Assembly (NCBI RefSeq): GCF_036321535.1
Contig: NC_087436.1
Location: 106,392,001-106,456,000 of the forward strand
DNA: 64,000 nucleotides
Reading direction: 5' to 3'
From: Camelus dromedarius
Lineage: Eukaryota
The notes beneath the pieces are model-generated. The model saw nothing but the letters and a program-made list of their open reading frames with translations, ran no database searches and was not told where the DNA came from. Shown here in pieces: positions 35,496 to 47,400 of this stretch; within the stretch, counting starts at the first letter, position 1; the number at the start of each line of letters is the position of its first letter. The translations under genes and the position numbers were made by a program.

Positions 35496-38400
35496 TTTCC
35501 CAGTGCCTGTGACTTTAAACCTCTCACAGTGGACTTTCACCTGTGCTCCCTCACTTTCTTCCTGCCTCATCGCATTTGCGAAGGCCTTGTACTTGAGCAA
35601 GCCCAACAGTCACGGTCTCTGCCACCTCTGATCTGCCAATAACAAGCATTATCTCCCTCCGGTTCCCAGAATAAAATAAGGCACCGAGGAGTTAAACCCT
35701 TTTCCCTGAGTTAAGGAGCACATTGATGACACCGCTGGAAACTGGCCACAGGATTTCTGAATTCTAATCAAAGCAGGAAGAAAGGGGTACTTAGAGTTAC
35801 AGATAGGATTGCAGAATGTTGAGATGCTGGGAATAAGTAGGAATTTCTTCCTGTGGCCTCTTCCACACATTGGAATCTAAGTTTAATTTTTATTAAACTT
35901 AAGAAGAAGAAAGGATGAGATTGAATGTCACAATTTGGGAACCGGTGTCTCCCTGAGTGGGAGCAGTTGTACATGCTGGTTGTGTAACTGGGCACGCAAA
36001 CAGCGATCTCTGCTTGCACAACCTGTGTTTGGATGTGTAAATGCAGGTGACCAGGTATGATTCAGAAGCCACTTAGCAAAACAGGACATGAGGCCTATAG
36101 GTACAGCTTCCAGTGAATCTGAGCCATGTGTCAGGAAAACAGGATGCTGTCCCTGGACCGGCTGGTAGCAAGATTTATGTTTCAGAATATTGCAACACAA
36201 CTTCCTTCTCTCTGTTGCTTTGTGCATTGTTTGAAAGAGGAGAATAAAGAGCTACTTTTACAGCACGGCAGCATGTAAAGCTGGGTGGCAGGGGGCTCGG
36301 TTAAATAGCACATTGGCTCTGCTGGGACCCTGTGGGCCACCTTGTCTCTGCTTTATTTTAACCTCTGCTTTAGTGCCTCCTTGATTCCACTGAATGGGCA
36401 TCTTTCATTCATTGGTCTGTTACTTCTGCATGCAGCTACTTGGGGTTCTTTAGAACACGGTGAGTGAGAATGTAGCTGTCTCTAGGTCATTATTCATAAT
36501 ACGTCCTGAAGCGTGCCTTTGCTAATGGCGAGAGAAGGGCTCTCAACTGTGGCCAGCTTTCACGTCGGGTAATTGCTGGAACTCTCAGGAAGGTCTGATA
36601 TTGCAAACTTTTGCAAAAGAAGAAGGGTGGTTTCCTGTTACCTGTCTGTAAGGTGTCCTGTTCTATACCACCAAAGGAATGATGGGTGGAAGCTCTCAAG
36701 AGTATTTGATCATTCTGGTGGGAATATAGATGATTTTACATTTTTCCCTTTGACTTTCAGTTATATTCTATTTTTTTTTCCTAAAATGGGCATATAGTAT
36801 ATACTTATGAAAAAGTTAAAAAACCAAATCTTGGCTATTCAAAAGACTGTGAGCATTTTGGGATTAGGGAACCAGCTTGTCTTGTTCACTGAAATTTTTC
36901 TAGATGTTTCCTTAGAAAACAGGGGAAAATACCTACTCGATAAATAATTGCAACCTAACGGGTGAGTTGACCACCACATATTTATTGATGGTGCAAACTG
37001 CGTTAGGTCATGTGAAGATTACATATAAAGTGCAGAAGACCTATTTCCTAAAGAACTTTTAATCTCGTTTAGGAGAGCAAATGGTGAAATGAAAAACAAT
37101 TAGCAAATAATGGAAGACTGCGTATACAAATATACATATATATGTATATGTTCATATATTTCGGCGACTGGAGAACAATGGAAGACTATATATTCATGTA
37201 TATGTGCACAGGTATATTTATAAACATAGGGTTTTATATATATATATATAAGCAATTGGCAAATATTGCAGGACTGTGTGTATGCACATATACATGTAAA
37301 TGTCGCCAAGGCTGATAAGAGAATAAGAGTGAAGTGCTTTCACAGAGGGAGAATGAAGCGGAGGAACTTGGCTTACTCAAAGTACAATATATATTAATGG
37401 CGATGTAGGAGTAAGGGAAGTATGTTTGGATTTAGGGTGGGTCCAAAATTACAGCAAACCGCGAGAACCCGGTTGGAAGTGTTCAGAGTTCCCACAACAG
37501 CAATTAGGGTAGCACTGGGGATTTTTAGCAGGAGGGCAATCTGATGGAGCTGGTATTTAAGAGAGATCCTTCTGATAGTCGTACGAGCTCAGGACAAGCA
37601 GGAAGTAGAGGAAATCTGACAGCGGGCTCTGCTGTCTTCCAAACCCCATGCGATGCAGGTGCAGGGAAGGGACAAGGTGACAGCAGAGGGGATGGCATCC
37701 AGGGAACAAAACTCGAAGCGCCTTGGAGGAAAATTCCATGAGCCCTGATAAATATGAGTTAGGTTAGAGAGGGAGGTGGCAAAGCATGCAAAGTCAAAAA
37801 TACTCCAAAGAGAATCAGAGCCGCATGGTGCTCTCTCTCCCCCCGCTGACGTTTCTGCCCACCTTAAGGAGGACTTTCTTGGACTTGTGAGTCATTTTAC
37901 GGAGGGGCTCTCCATCTCCCTGCTGCCTCAGGGGCAGAACATATTTAACCCCATCCACAGATTTACATGGTGTCTGCTTTTGCTCACTTGTCTCCTTGGA
38001 GGAAATTCTGTAGCCTTCCATGGTCATGAATTCCTGCTTCGGACTGTGCCCGTGGTCAGGCAGACTTTTCTATGAATGGCAAACCTCTTGGAATTTTCAC
38101 AAAACAAACAGAGAAAAAAATGCGTGTCAAAACAACCTCACCTTAATTTAATCATCAGGAGAATAAATTCTCCTTTGTTAGGCGGGGAGACCAAATTAAT
38201 TTACAATAATCACTGCTTGAAGATTTCTGGAATTTCCGATTTGCAATCAATAAATGTTTGTCATTTAAATTAAATTTACGGCCCACCACCAGATTTTTTG
38301 CCACACTCGGTAATGACACTTAAGGAGAACATAGACTTCAAGTAAGAAAATAATAGCCATTTAAGTGGGGAGATAATTGGCTGTAACGTGAGAACATTGA

Positions 38401-41400
38401 AGAATGTTGAAACTCATGGAGACTTATGGTGTATTTTAAAAATTTATGTTGTACTTATCTTTGCATTTGTAGTCTACCACAAAATTCCAAAGTCTGGGTA
38501 TAAATCAGTTCGATGTTCATCTTGGAGAGTCACAAATCAGGAAGCAACAATCTGACCCAGCCTGTGCTGCTGTACTTCTGCTGGCTTATCTGGCAGGGAG
38601 ACTCAATAGTGTTCTTGCGTGTGTTTTCTGTTTGGGTGTGTGTTCATCCACACACCTCACTGAAAGACCGTTTTAGGCTCCGATAACATCTGCCTTATCT
38701 TGGGAACATCTGGTTTATCACCCTGTTTCTGCCCTGCCATCATGCTGACCACTGGAAAAATACGGCTCAGGAGTTCTGACCCCACCAGGCCATGTTTCTG
38801 GGCATTAACCCCTCCTAATAAAGAGTAAGTCGCAGTGTGCCGGTTACCTGATACTTACCATTACTAACTTTCCTGATGATTGGCTTTTATTAGCATAAGC
38901 TGTGGTTACAAAAGATGAGGTCGGCTGCTGGGTTTCGTGGAAGTCAGTCTAGTTCTCAGCCATGTGCAGTTTGGAAAGTGAGAATCCAGGCAGTTCGTGA
39001 GGCGCTGTCATTGCAGGACGCGCTAGTTTGTGTTTTTGTGGCGTGGGGACCAGCTCTTTCACGTCTGATACTCCGGCCACTCCAAGAAGGAGGTGCGTCA
39101 TTTTGTGAGCCTATCACAGGCTTGCCTCACCTCCTGGACCCACAGGTGGGTCATTTAACTAGAAAATGCTCTGCCTGGATATCTTTGGAGCCAAAAAGTG
39201 GAGACCCACATTGACAAGGAGGAAAAATTGGAGAGGAATCACGAAAACAGTGGCTCATTGCCCCTTAGGTTGACTTCAGAGGTATTAGTCATGGTTAAAG
39301 TGATCAAGATTCAGGATGCTGCATGGGACAAACTGTCTATTTGTATAACAACTGTGTGTGCTTGCGTAGGAACCTCATACCTACGCCGTGTCTGTTTGTC
39401 CACGTCCCCATCTGCATTGCAATGTCGTGGAAACACAGCCCAGCAGATGGCTCACCTCTGAGTGAGATCAACACACAGAGCAGATAAAAAGACGAACATT
39501 AGAGACCCGAAGCCAAACTGTTCTTCTCCTGTTCTCCAGCCCAGACTTCACATTTTTAACAAGATTAATCTGTTCCTATAATTATGTGCCTGTTCTTTTA
39601 GCAATGAAAACTTTTATCATGGGTTTTATAAAAGGAATCACCTGTGATGTAAAACAATTCTGTAAGGGCCATTTTTTTCCCTTCTCTAACCTCTCAGGTT
39701 ACTTTCAGGACTGCGTACCCTGAGGTAGAGTTTGAAGGCAAAGCAGGATTCTGGGTTTTACTGTAGCCTGTTGAAGATGCTGAAGTGCTCAAGTGAGAGC
39801 AAGAGAAAAGGGGAGAGAGAGACACAAGGAAATACACACTCTTACTCTTGGCTCAGGCAAAATTTTACGAAGATAAATGACTTCTTATCCATTATGCCAT
39901 TTGTCCTAAAGTGATGATAGGAGGTACTTTTGTGCCTTTTCTGTTCCAAAAGGATAGAATCATTTGCATAGTTTCAGATTCTAAACGCTGATACTTTGTA
40001 GACCTGCCCATCTCCATTACTAGGGCAGGTTATTCATTCATGGTTTGCAGCCAGATAGATTAATGAATTACCAGATCTTGCGTAAAATGACTTGGCCTGA
40101 CTTTTAAACAACTACCCCCCCCCTTTTTTTTCTCTCTCTCTCTCTCTCTTCTTTTTGGCCAGTCTTGTGATTGGTGTCAATGGGCTCTAGACATCAAGCC
40201 CCCTCTAGAGTTCATATTTGTTTTTTCTTTCTCAGAAGTAGCTTTGTTAAACTATTTCCCCCCCTTTTTCATTCTCTTCCAAACTTCTGCTCAGAAGCAG
40301 TCAGTTCAAGGAGGTAACTGCAGGCTGATTAGGGAGGAGCAAGGCAACGCCGATACCAAACCCTTGGTGGCCGATGGCGCTCCCTGTGCTGCACCAGCGC
40401 GGGTTCTCGGAGCCTGGTCCGCAGCACGTCCAAGTTCCGAGTGAATTCCTTGGCGTTTCTCGCACAGTGTGCAGAATTGGAGCTCTGAACTTTGAAGGAA
40501 AGCCTCAGAGCTATTTGCGAAGTGCGAGTGCTTAGTGAATACTAAATTACACGTAGGAAATCGTCTGCTGCTACCAGGGTTACTTCATTTTTATTCCTGA
40601 CACAGACACCTAAATCAGAGAACAGTAACATTTCAAAGATTATGGAAGCAGTTTGGGTCNNNNNNNNNNNNNNNNNNNNNNNNNNNNNNNNNNNNNNNNN
40701 NNNNNNNNNNNNNNNNNNNNNNNNNNNNNNNNNNNNNNNNNNNNNNNNNNNNNNNNNNNNNNNNNNNNNNNNNNNNNNNNNNNNNNNNNNNNNNNNNNNN
40801 NNNNNNNNNNNNNNNNNNNNNNNNNNNNNNNNNNNNNNNNNNNNNNNNNNNNNNNNNNNNNNNNNNNNNNNTATTAAGGATTTAATAAAGTAACTTAATA
40901 AAAATGGGTAGCTTAGAACACTTAATAGGAAACGATTGTGATTTAACGCGGAACTCGAGCCTGGTGTTTAATGTTCTGGGTGATATTGTGCTAAAGTGAA
41001 GTTGAGCGAAGCACCTGGAAGAAACCAGGACGGTGAGAGGCGCAGAGCTGCTTGTCTGAGACACTGACGGCCACAAACTAAATAGCTTCCGGCGACAATG
41101 TACAGTGGGCCGCACATCAGTCAATCTAAGCAAAGCACACACACCACTTTCTATTAATAAAAAGCTCATTGAAATGATAATCGCCTTCCATTGCATGTTT
41201 GATACGTGCCATACGCACGGAGAGCACTTAACATTATTCCAAAATGGAGCTCAGCGCGAATTTTGCTGTGGCAAATGGGATTGAGCTGCAGAATATTGCC
41301 ATGTGATAAAAGAGGAGAAGGCTAAGTTCAGACGAAGATGGCTGTACACACAGGCTGCAAATTGCTATTCCTGGCTGTTCATGAGAGATCATAAAAGCAA

Positions 41401-44400
41401 GGAGATAAGAACCGCCAAGGTCTCTGAGAAATGAATGTATGTGATTATATTATCTTGTGGGTTGGATTTACTAGACAGACCGTCACTTCAGTCCAACAGG
41501 AAGAGTAGAAAGAGATGTCGACGTTGAAGAGCAAACTTCACTGGCGTGGGGAAGTTCTAAAACACTCTGATTAAAATCTTTCAAAAGGGATCCAGGATTC
41601 TGGTCAGTGAATCCTTTGCTAGATCTCCAAACAAGAGCTGAGGGCATTACCTAATCTTAAGCAAACAAACAAACGGAAAGGAAACAAGAATTACTAGAAA
41701 ATCCTGGAGCAGCGTAATTCATATTTCAAATATTTTTAATTTATTTCTCTTAGTCAAATACAGATTTCTATGTAAACAATAACCCTTTTAGGTCTACCCA
41801 GAAACAAATAATTAAATGAAATAATAAATAAACTATTATCCTTTTAGCTCTACCTACAGAGGGCAACCAGATCGGGCTTCTCAGCGGGACTGTCTGTGTG
41901 TCCTCAAACATAGGAGCTGGGAAGCAACCACAAACTTGGTCAAGGTTTGTGCCCTGCATACAATACAAGCAATTTATTTTGTTCCAAATAGCACCTCTGT
42001 CGTTGGGAAACTACTTATGCAAATTTTTGATATCTAGCCTTAGCAAGGCGCCCGGTTCCCTCATTTTCTTCCACATTTGGATAAATTGTGTTGTTCTTCA
42101 CTCTTCCAAATTTGTCCTTGCGGAAGCGAACACTTGCAAATTGGTTGAAACTTGCTCAGAGAAAGAAAGAAGGGGAGGAGAGAAAGGAGGAAACACCTTG
42201 ACCAAAAACAGCGGCTGGAACAGCTTAGGATTTGATGGTCTGTGGCCTTGTCCTGTCCCCAAGCACCTGATCGAAAAAGTGGTACAATCCTGTTATGTGC
42301 ACGTTCCGGATCCCTTGCCAACATTCACCTGACATGACCAAGGTTTAAAGCACTGTGTGTAACTTTACACAGCACAGTGGAAATGTGCTCCTGTGTGTGT
42401 GCATGCACGTTCACATTCTTTTTTTCTTTTAAAAGGAGAAAAAAAAAAAAGTGCTACTTGCCATCTCAGGGTGGTAAAATAATTAGTCCGGGAGACAAAT
42501 GGCTTGGCCCGTGTTTAAACAGCGCTTTAAGGACACAGTGTTCTCACCAGTCACATATCTAAATACAAACCAGTGTCAGCTGCCCTGCAGACCAGAATGG
42601 AATAGCCTGCCTCACTCAGGTCATCATCAGGCCCTTCTGGTCGTTGTCACACTTCACATCTGTTTCTGGACGCCGCGGCCCCTTAAGGCGGCATTGGACT
42701 TCGTAAGAGCACAAACCACCCAGCTATAAATTGCCACTGCTGGAGTTATTTTGAATAAGTGTATACTGTTTCATATTTATAATGGTGAGGCTTCAAAATA
42801 TTCACAGTGAATATATAACACCGATCAGTTCAACAAGCATGAAATTGTATGTTGTCAACTTGTCACATAAATAGAGTCATATTCCGGCTTGCGATAACGT
42901 TGAACTAACATTCTTTTCCCCCAGAATTGTCGAGAGGGTCACAAGAAAGTGGGGTGGTAGCACTTCCTTTGGGCAGATAAACAGTCAGGGCTATTGTAAA
43001 GTTGGTATTACTGTTGATGGATTCCTTTCTCCCCTCGCTCCAAAGTGCTTGCTTTTCCTGGGTGAATGCTAATTGGCTAATCTGGTGTGTTTGTTCTGTC
43101 ATCCAATGGTATCATTTTCAGCCAGTGCTTGCAGGCTTTTTTGGGGTTGCGTATGTGTGAGTAGCTTTTTTTGTTCTCCTTTAAAGCAATTTTTTTTTTC
43201 TATTCTTGTAGTGCGCGCATCAGTGCTAATTGTCATGAAATTCTCTAACTATCCTCTGGCAAGCTCTCTCTTCCCTCCAGTTGACTCTTAATTCATTATC
43301 AGAGTCCAGCGAAGGCTGGACGTTTTGATCAAATTTTCCCACGACAGAGAATTTAGAGAGGGGCAGCAAAGAAATGACTGTACTAAATGTGCAATTTACT
43401 GAAAGGAGAAAAAAGGGACAAAGGAAACATACTCATCAGTCGCCGGGGAGGAACCACAGAGACCGATTTCCACAGCGACTGATATTTTGGCCCTGAGGAC
43501 AAACTGATGCCAAGTCCTTTTTCACTTTGGAGAAATTCTTAGATGTGTTCAGTCCTCCCCATCTTCCTTCAAATGGCCCGGAGACAGAAGACGGAGCTGG
43601 CTGTCTCTGCAATCATATGGATTTCCCCGGTTAAGTTGCTAACTTTCAAACCTCAGGGCAGTGCTTTCAAATGCATATTGTACCGAGGAGTACGACTAAC
43701 ACCGGCCTTTGGTCCCACATCACTTGTGGTGTGGGTGATCACCGTATCTCATAGAAGAAACCACTTACTGGCCAAAGCTTCCAGTCTCCACCGTTTGCGT
43801 ATTTTCACAAGTCTCCCTGCTTCTGGATTTTTTTAAGTGGCTCTATTCTCTGACTGATTTATTTACCTACTCATAAAAAATAACTACTGTCAATCCTTAG
43901 CATGCCTGTCTCCTTGCTACTTCCCAGGGATACAGTGGTCAAGTGTGGACGAAGTCCATGGTGCCGTGAAGTTCAGGGTTAGTGATGAGGACAGGGCTTT
44001 GATATCAAGCGAGATAAGCCCTCTGATAAAGAAAGCAAAGCGAGGACTTTCTCCACCTGTCTGTGTATCCTGGTCATTGTGAACCGATCAGCTCTGCGCC
44101 CCTCTGGGTTGCTGCACTTACCATCTGCAGAAATGCCTTCCCCTTGGAGTGGAATTTGGCTAGATTGCATTTCTCCTAGCTAGTGGGAACTTCTGTTCCA
44201 AACCAAGAGCCCAGGCGTAGGGTCCAATAAGTGCAGGGCAGTAGGACAGACTATTTGAAAAGGGCAGGGGGGACCCTAGGATTTATGGAGTCCTATGCAC
44301 TGTGTATTGAGAAGCACAGCAGTTTGCTCATCAGAATTGCTGAGGGGAGATGAGAGGTAGCCCACCCCAGGGAAGAGAGCAAGCCTGTCGGCAGAAAGTT

Positions 44401-47400
44401 CTCCAGCCAGCATGCCAGGTTGACGTGAGTGGCACGCTGAGCCCTGGCAGCGTTCTGTGGGGCTCTTTTGGATGAAAACCATTTTGTACCAATTTAGGCC
44501 TCTTTACCTTTCTCTGTGAGAGTGATATTTCAGTCCAGCTAGAAGGGCTGACACACTTTTTGCCTCGAGGTGACATCCTGAACAGGCAGCTTTTCCATCC
44601 CTTCAAACTGTCTTTACGTCGTCTCATGGATGGTCCGACCCAGGGACTGTCCTGCTCCCTGCGTCCGTGGATGAGGCGGGCACAGGAAGATCGCTACCTG
44701 CCCGTCCCTCCTCCTCTCCTCTCTGGAGGTGCCAGGCATTACATCTCTCCTGCACCTGATTCGGGTAGCTCTCTCACTTTCTGGTAAAGCTCAGGCTTCA
44801 ATCTCTTCTCCCCAGTCCTTTTCTGAGAAGTTTATTTTTGCTTTTGAATGCTGCTTTTAGGGAAACAAGTGCCTCTATTATCAGAATGCCCTTGGTTATT
44901 CCACAGATCTTTGGCCTCAGGACACTAGCCATCTCCTTCGTTCGATGTGGAGTTGGAGCTTCTGTATTCCAGACGTAGTTCTCCCAGTGTCCAGGGATCC
45001 CCGCCAACTCAGATCCTGTCCAGAAATGTTCTCATGTCAGAATCCTCTTGTGTCTTGCCAGCTCATGCTTACTGGGGACACCCTGCTCTCCTCTAAGCTG
45101 CATCTATCAGCCTGCCTTTTTCTTGTAGGCAGTGCTGCCCAATGGGCAGGCTCGTCTCCAGTTCCCACCAGAGAAGAGTCTGAGCAAATACCTGAGCGTT
45201 CGCATGCCGCTGCCATGCTGTCTGGGATAAGTGACTTCTCCCCGCCCCACGTCCCCACTTCCAGGACTCTGCGTGCAGTAGATTTGAGAGTTACATTAGG
45301 TCACGATGCCGCTTTCTAGCTCCTTTAGTCCTATCACCCGGCAATCCCAGCAATGTGGCTAAGGTGGCTGCCCCCGTCCTGAAGGAATTTGTGTCAGTTT
45401 CTCCTGGGACAGATCTCATCTGGACTGCTTTGCAATATTTGTTCCAACTGAAAATTCTGACAAAGATGTTCTGTCCACACAGAGCCAAAGAATTCTGCGT
45501 TTAGATGCATTTGGAGGTAACTGACTGTTGTCTGGTCTCCGCAGATAACTGCATCTGACGATCCACCTAGCGTGACCCATGCCCTGTTTAATTTGTCTTT
45601 GAATGGCAAATGTGTTTCTTCCCTGAGTCAGCAAAAGGCATGATACCCTCCCACAGTACTGTGTGACCTCCCTGCCACTTTTGTGACACTGAAAAACAAA
45701 ACGTGGGCCCACATTTTCCCGTTAGTTGCTGGTTCATTTTTATTTCCAGTGGCACGCTTCATAGCTGAAAGAGAAGATGTATGTTCCATAGAGGGGATGC
45801 ATTTCTCCTTGATCACGGTGGTTATTTTTATAATTCATATTATGAGACCTCATTTCTCTGGCCATTATTAACTTCGTATTATTAATTGTCTGAAGCACAG
45901 CTGAGAAATACACCATTTGTAAAAATGTCTCTGAGAAGCCAAACTAGATGCGGAAAAAAAAAATCAGACCCTCCAACTCAATGCATTTTCTCCCCAGATA
46001 AGCTTCTCCAGCTCTCACTTACCACTTGCTTCCTTTGGTTTTACCTGCAATTTAAACCAATCTAGTTATCTGTGTTCTGAGCACATGAGAGATTAGAAGA
46101 AATGATTTAGAAAGTGAATGAGCTTGTAGTGGCTAGGAGTGGGAAGCAGGACCTAACCAAAAGAGATGAGACTGAAAACTACACAAAGTAGACAGTCACT
46201 CAAAATATAACTGTCTGGGGCCGTTTCAGTTATGGGCCAAATGTCCTATATTTCTTAGGGCTGTATTTCTAAATTCCTTCCTATCGTCATTTTACAATAT
46301 TCCACAATGCTACAAAAATCAACTCTCATCATTTTTTAAGATGAGGGAAATATGTAAATGACTTCAAAATCTTCCCATTAAATGCTTTAATAAAAAATGT
46401 TGTGCTTAAGTGATGTAACTTCTTGATCCATCTGCACAAGTGCCAGTGTGGATCAATTCCTGATCAGAGAAAAATGAGGCATATATACAAACACACATAC
46501 ATATTTTTACAGCTAAAAGATTTTCACAGGGTCTGGGTATCATCCTGTCTTTCCCATGTAGTGGTACCTGATAGGAGAACACTCCAAGAAATGTTAAACT
46601 TCGTCATATAATCCATCAGATCACGTCCTCCCTTAAAAATTACAACTGTTAAATTTTCCTCCGATAAAATAAGACCACTGATTTTTTTTCCCCTTGTCAA
46701 TTGTAAAGCTCTTTAGCTATAGAGTCATTGGACAAGACAAATACAGCTCAGCAGAGTTATCCTTAAGTAAGTATTTCCCACATTAACTTAGAATGAAATT
46801 ACCTATACTTTTCCCCTTCATTGCTTCCCTGCTCAGTCCCCAAATAAACCGCCACCCCAGCAATGCATAATTCATGTGTATATATTTGTTGAGAACACAC
46901 TCAATTGTATGACCAGCACCATGAGTAATTTCCCTCCTTTTTTTTCCCATTTTGTTTGGAGATCCTTATAAATAAATCACCAACCGCAAGGCTTGCAAGA
47001 CAATCGCTAAAATGTGCTGCTTGGTTTTGGAAAAAGGATTTTGGATCGTGTGCAGGACTGAGTTCCCTAAATCTAATTTCTGCTTCAAAACCCAAGGGAA
47101 GCTGTAATGGTGTCTTCTTTATCCAAACTCTCTCACCCAGCTCTGTCACATTTCACCGGAGGGGAGAGAATGGAGAGCTTGGGTTTCTCTGTGTGGAACC
47201 CTGCGCCTTGGTTAGGCCGTGACCCCTCATTTCATATTCAAACTTTGGCAATTTCAAAGAATGCTGTCCATCCTGACAGCCGTAAGCAGCCTGGCTCCCC
47301 AGGTACCTTCCCACACTTCTCCTTTGTATGAAGGCATTTGCGCCTCTCTTCATGTCCCTTTCAGGAGTAATTCTTCCCTTGTTCAATTTTTCCCTTTCTC

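Noticed and set aside
35165-35642. Overlapping ORFs with poly-Lys or poly-Phe
   Set aside because: Artefacts of the T29 homopolymer.
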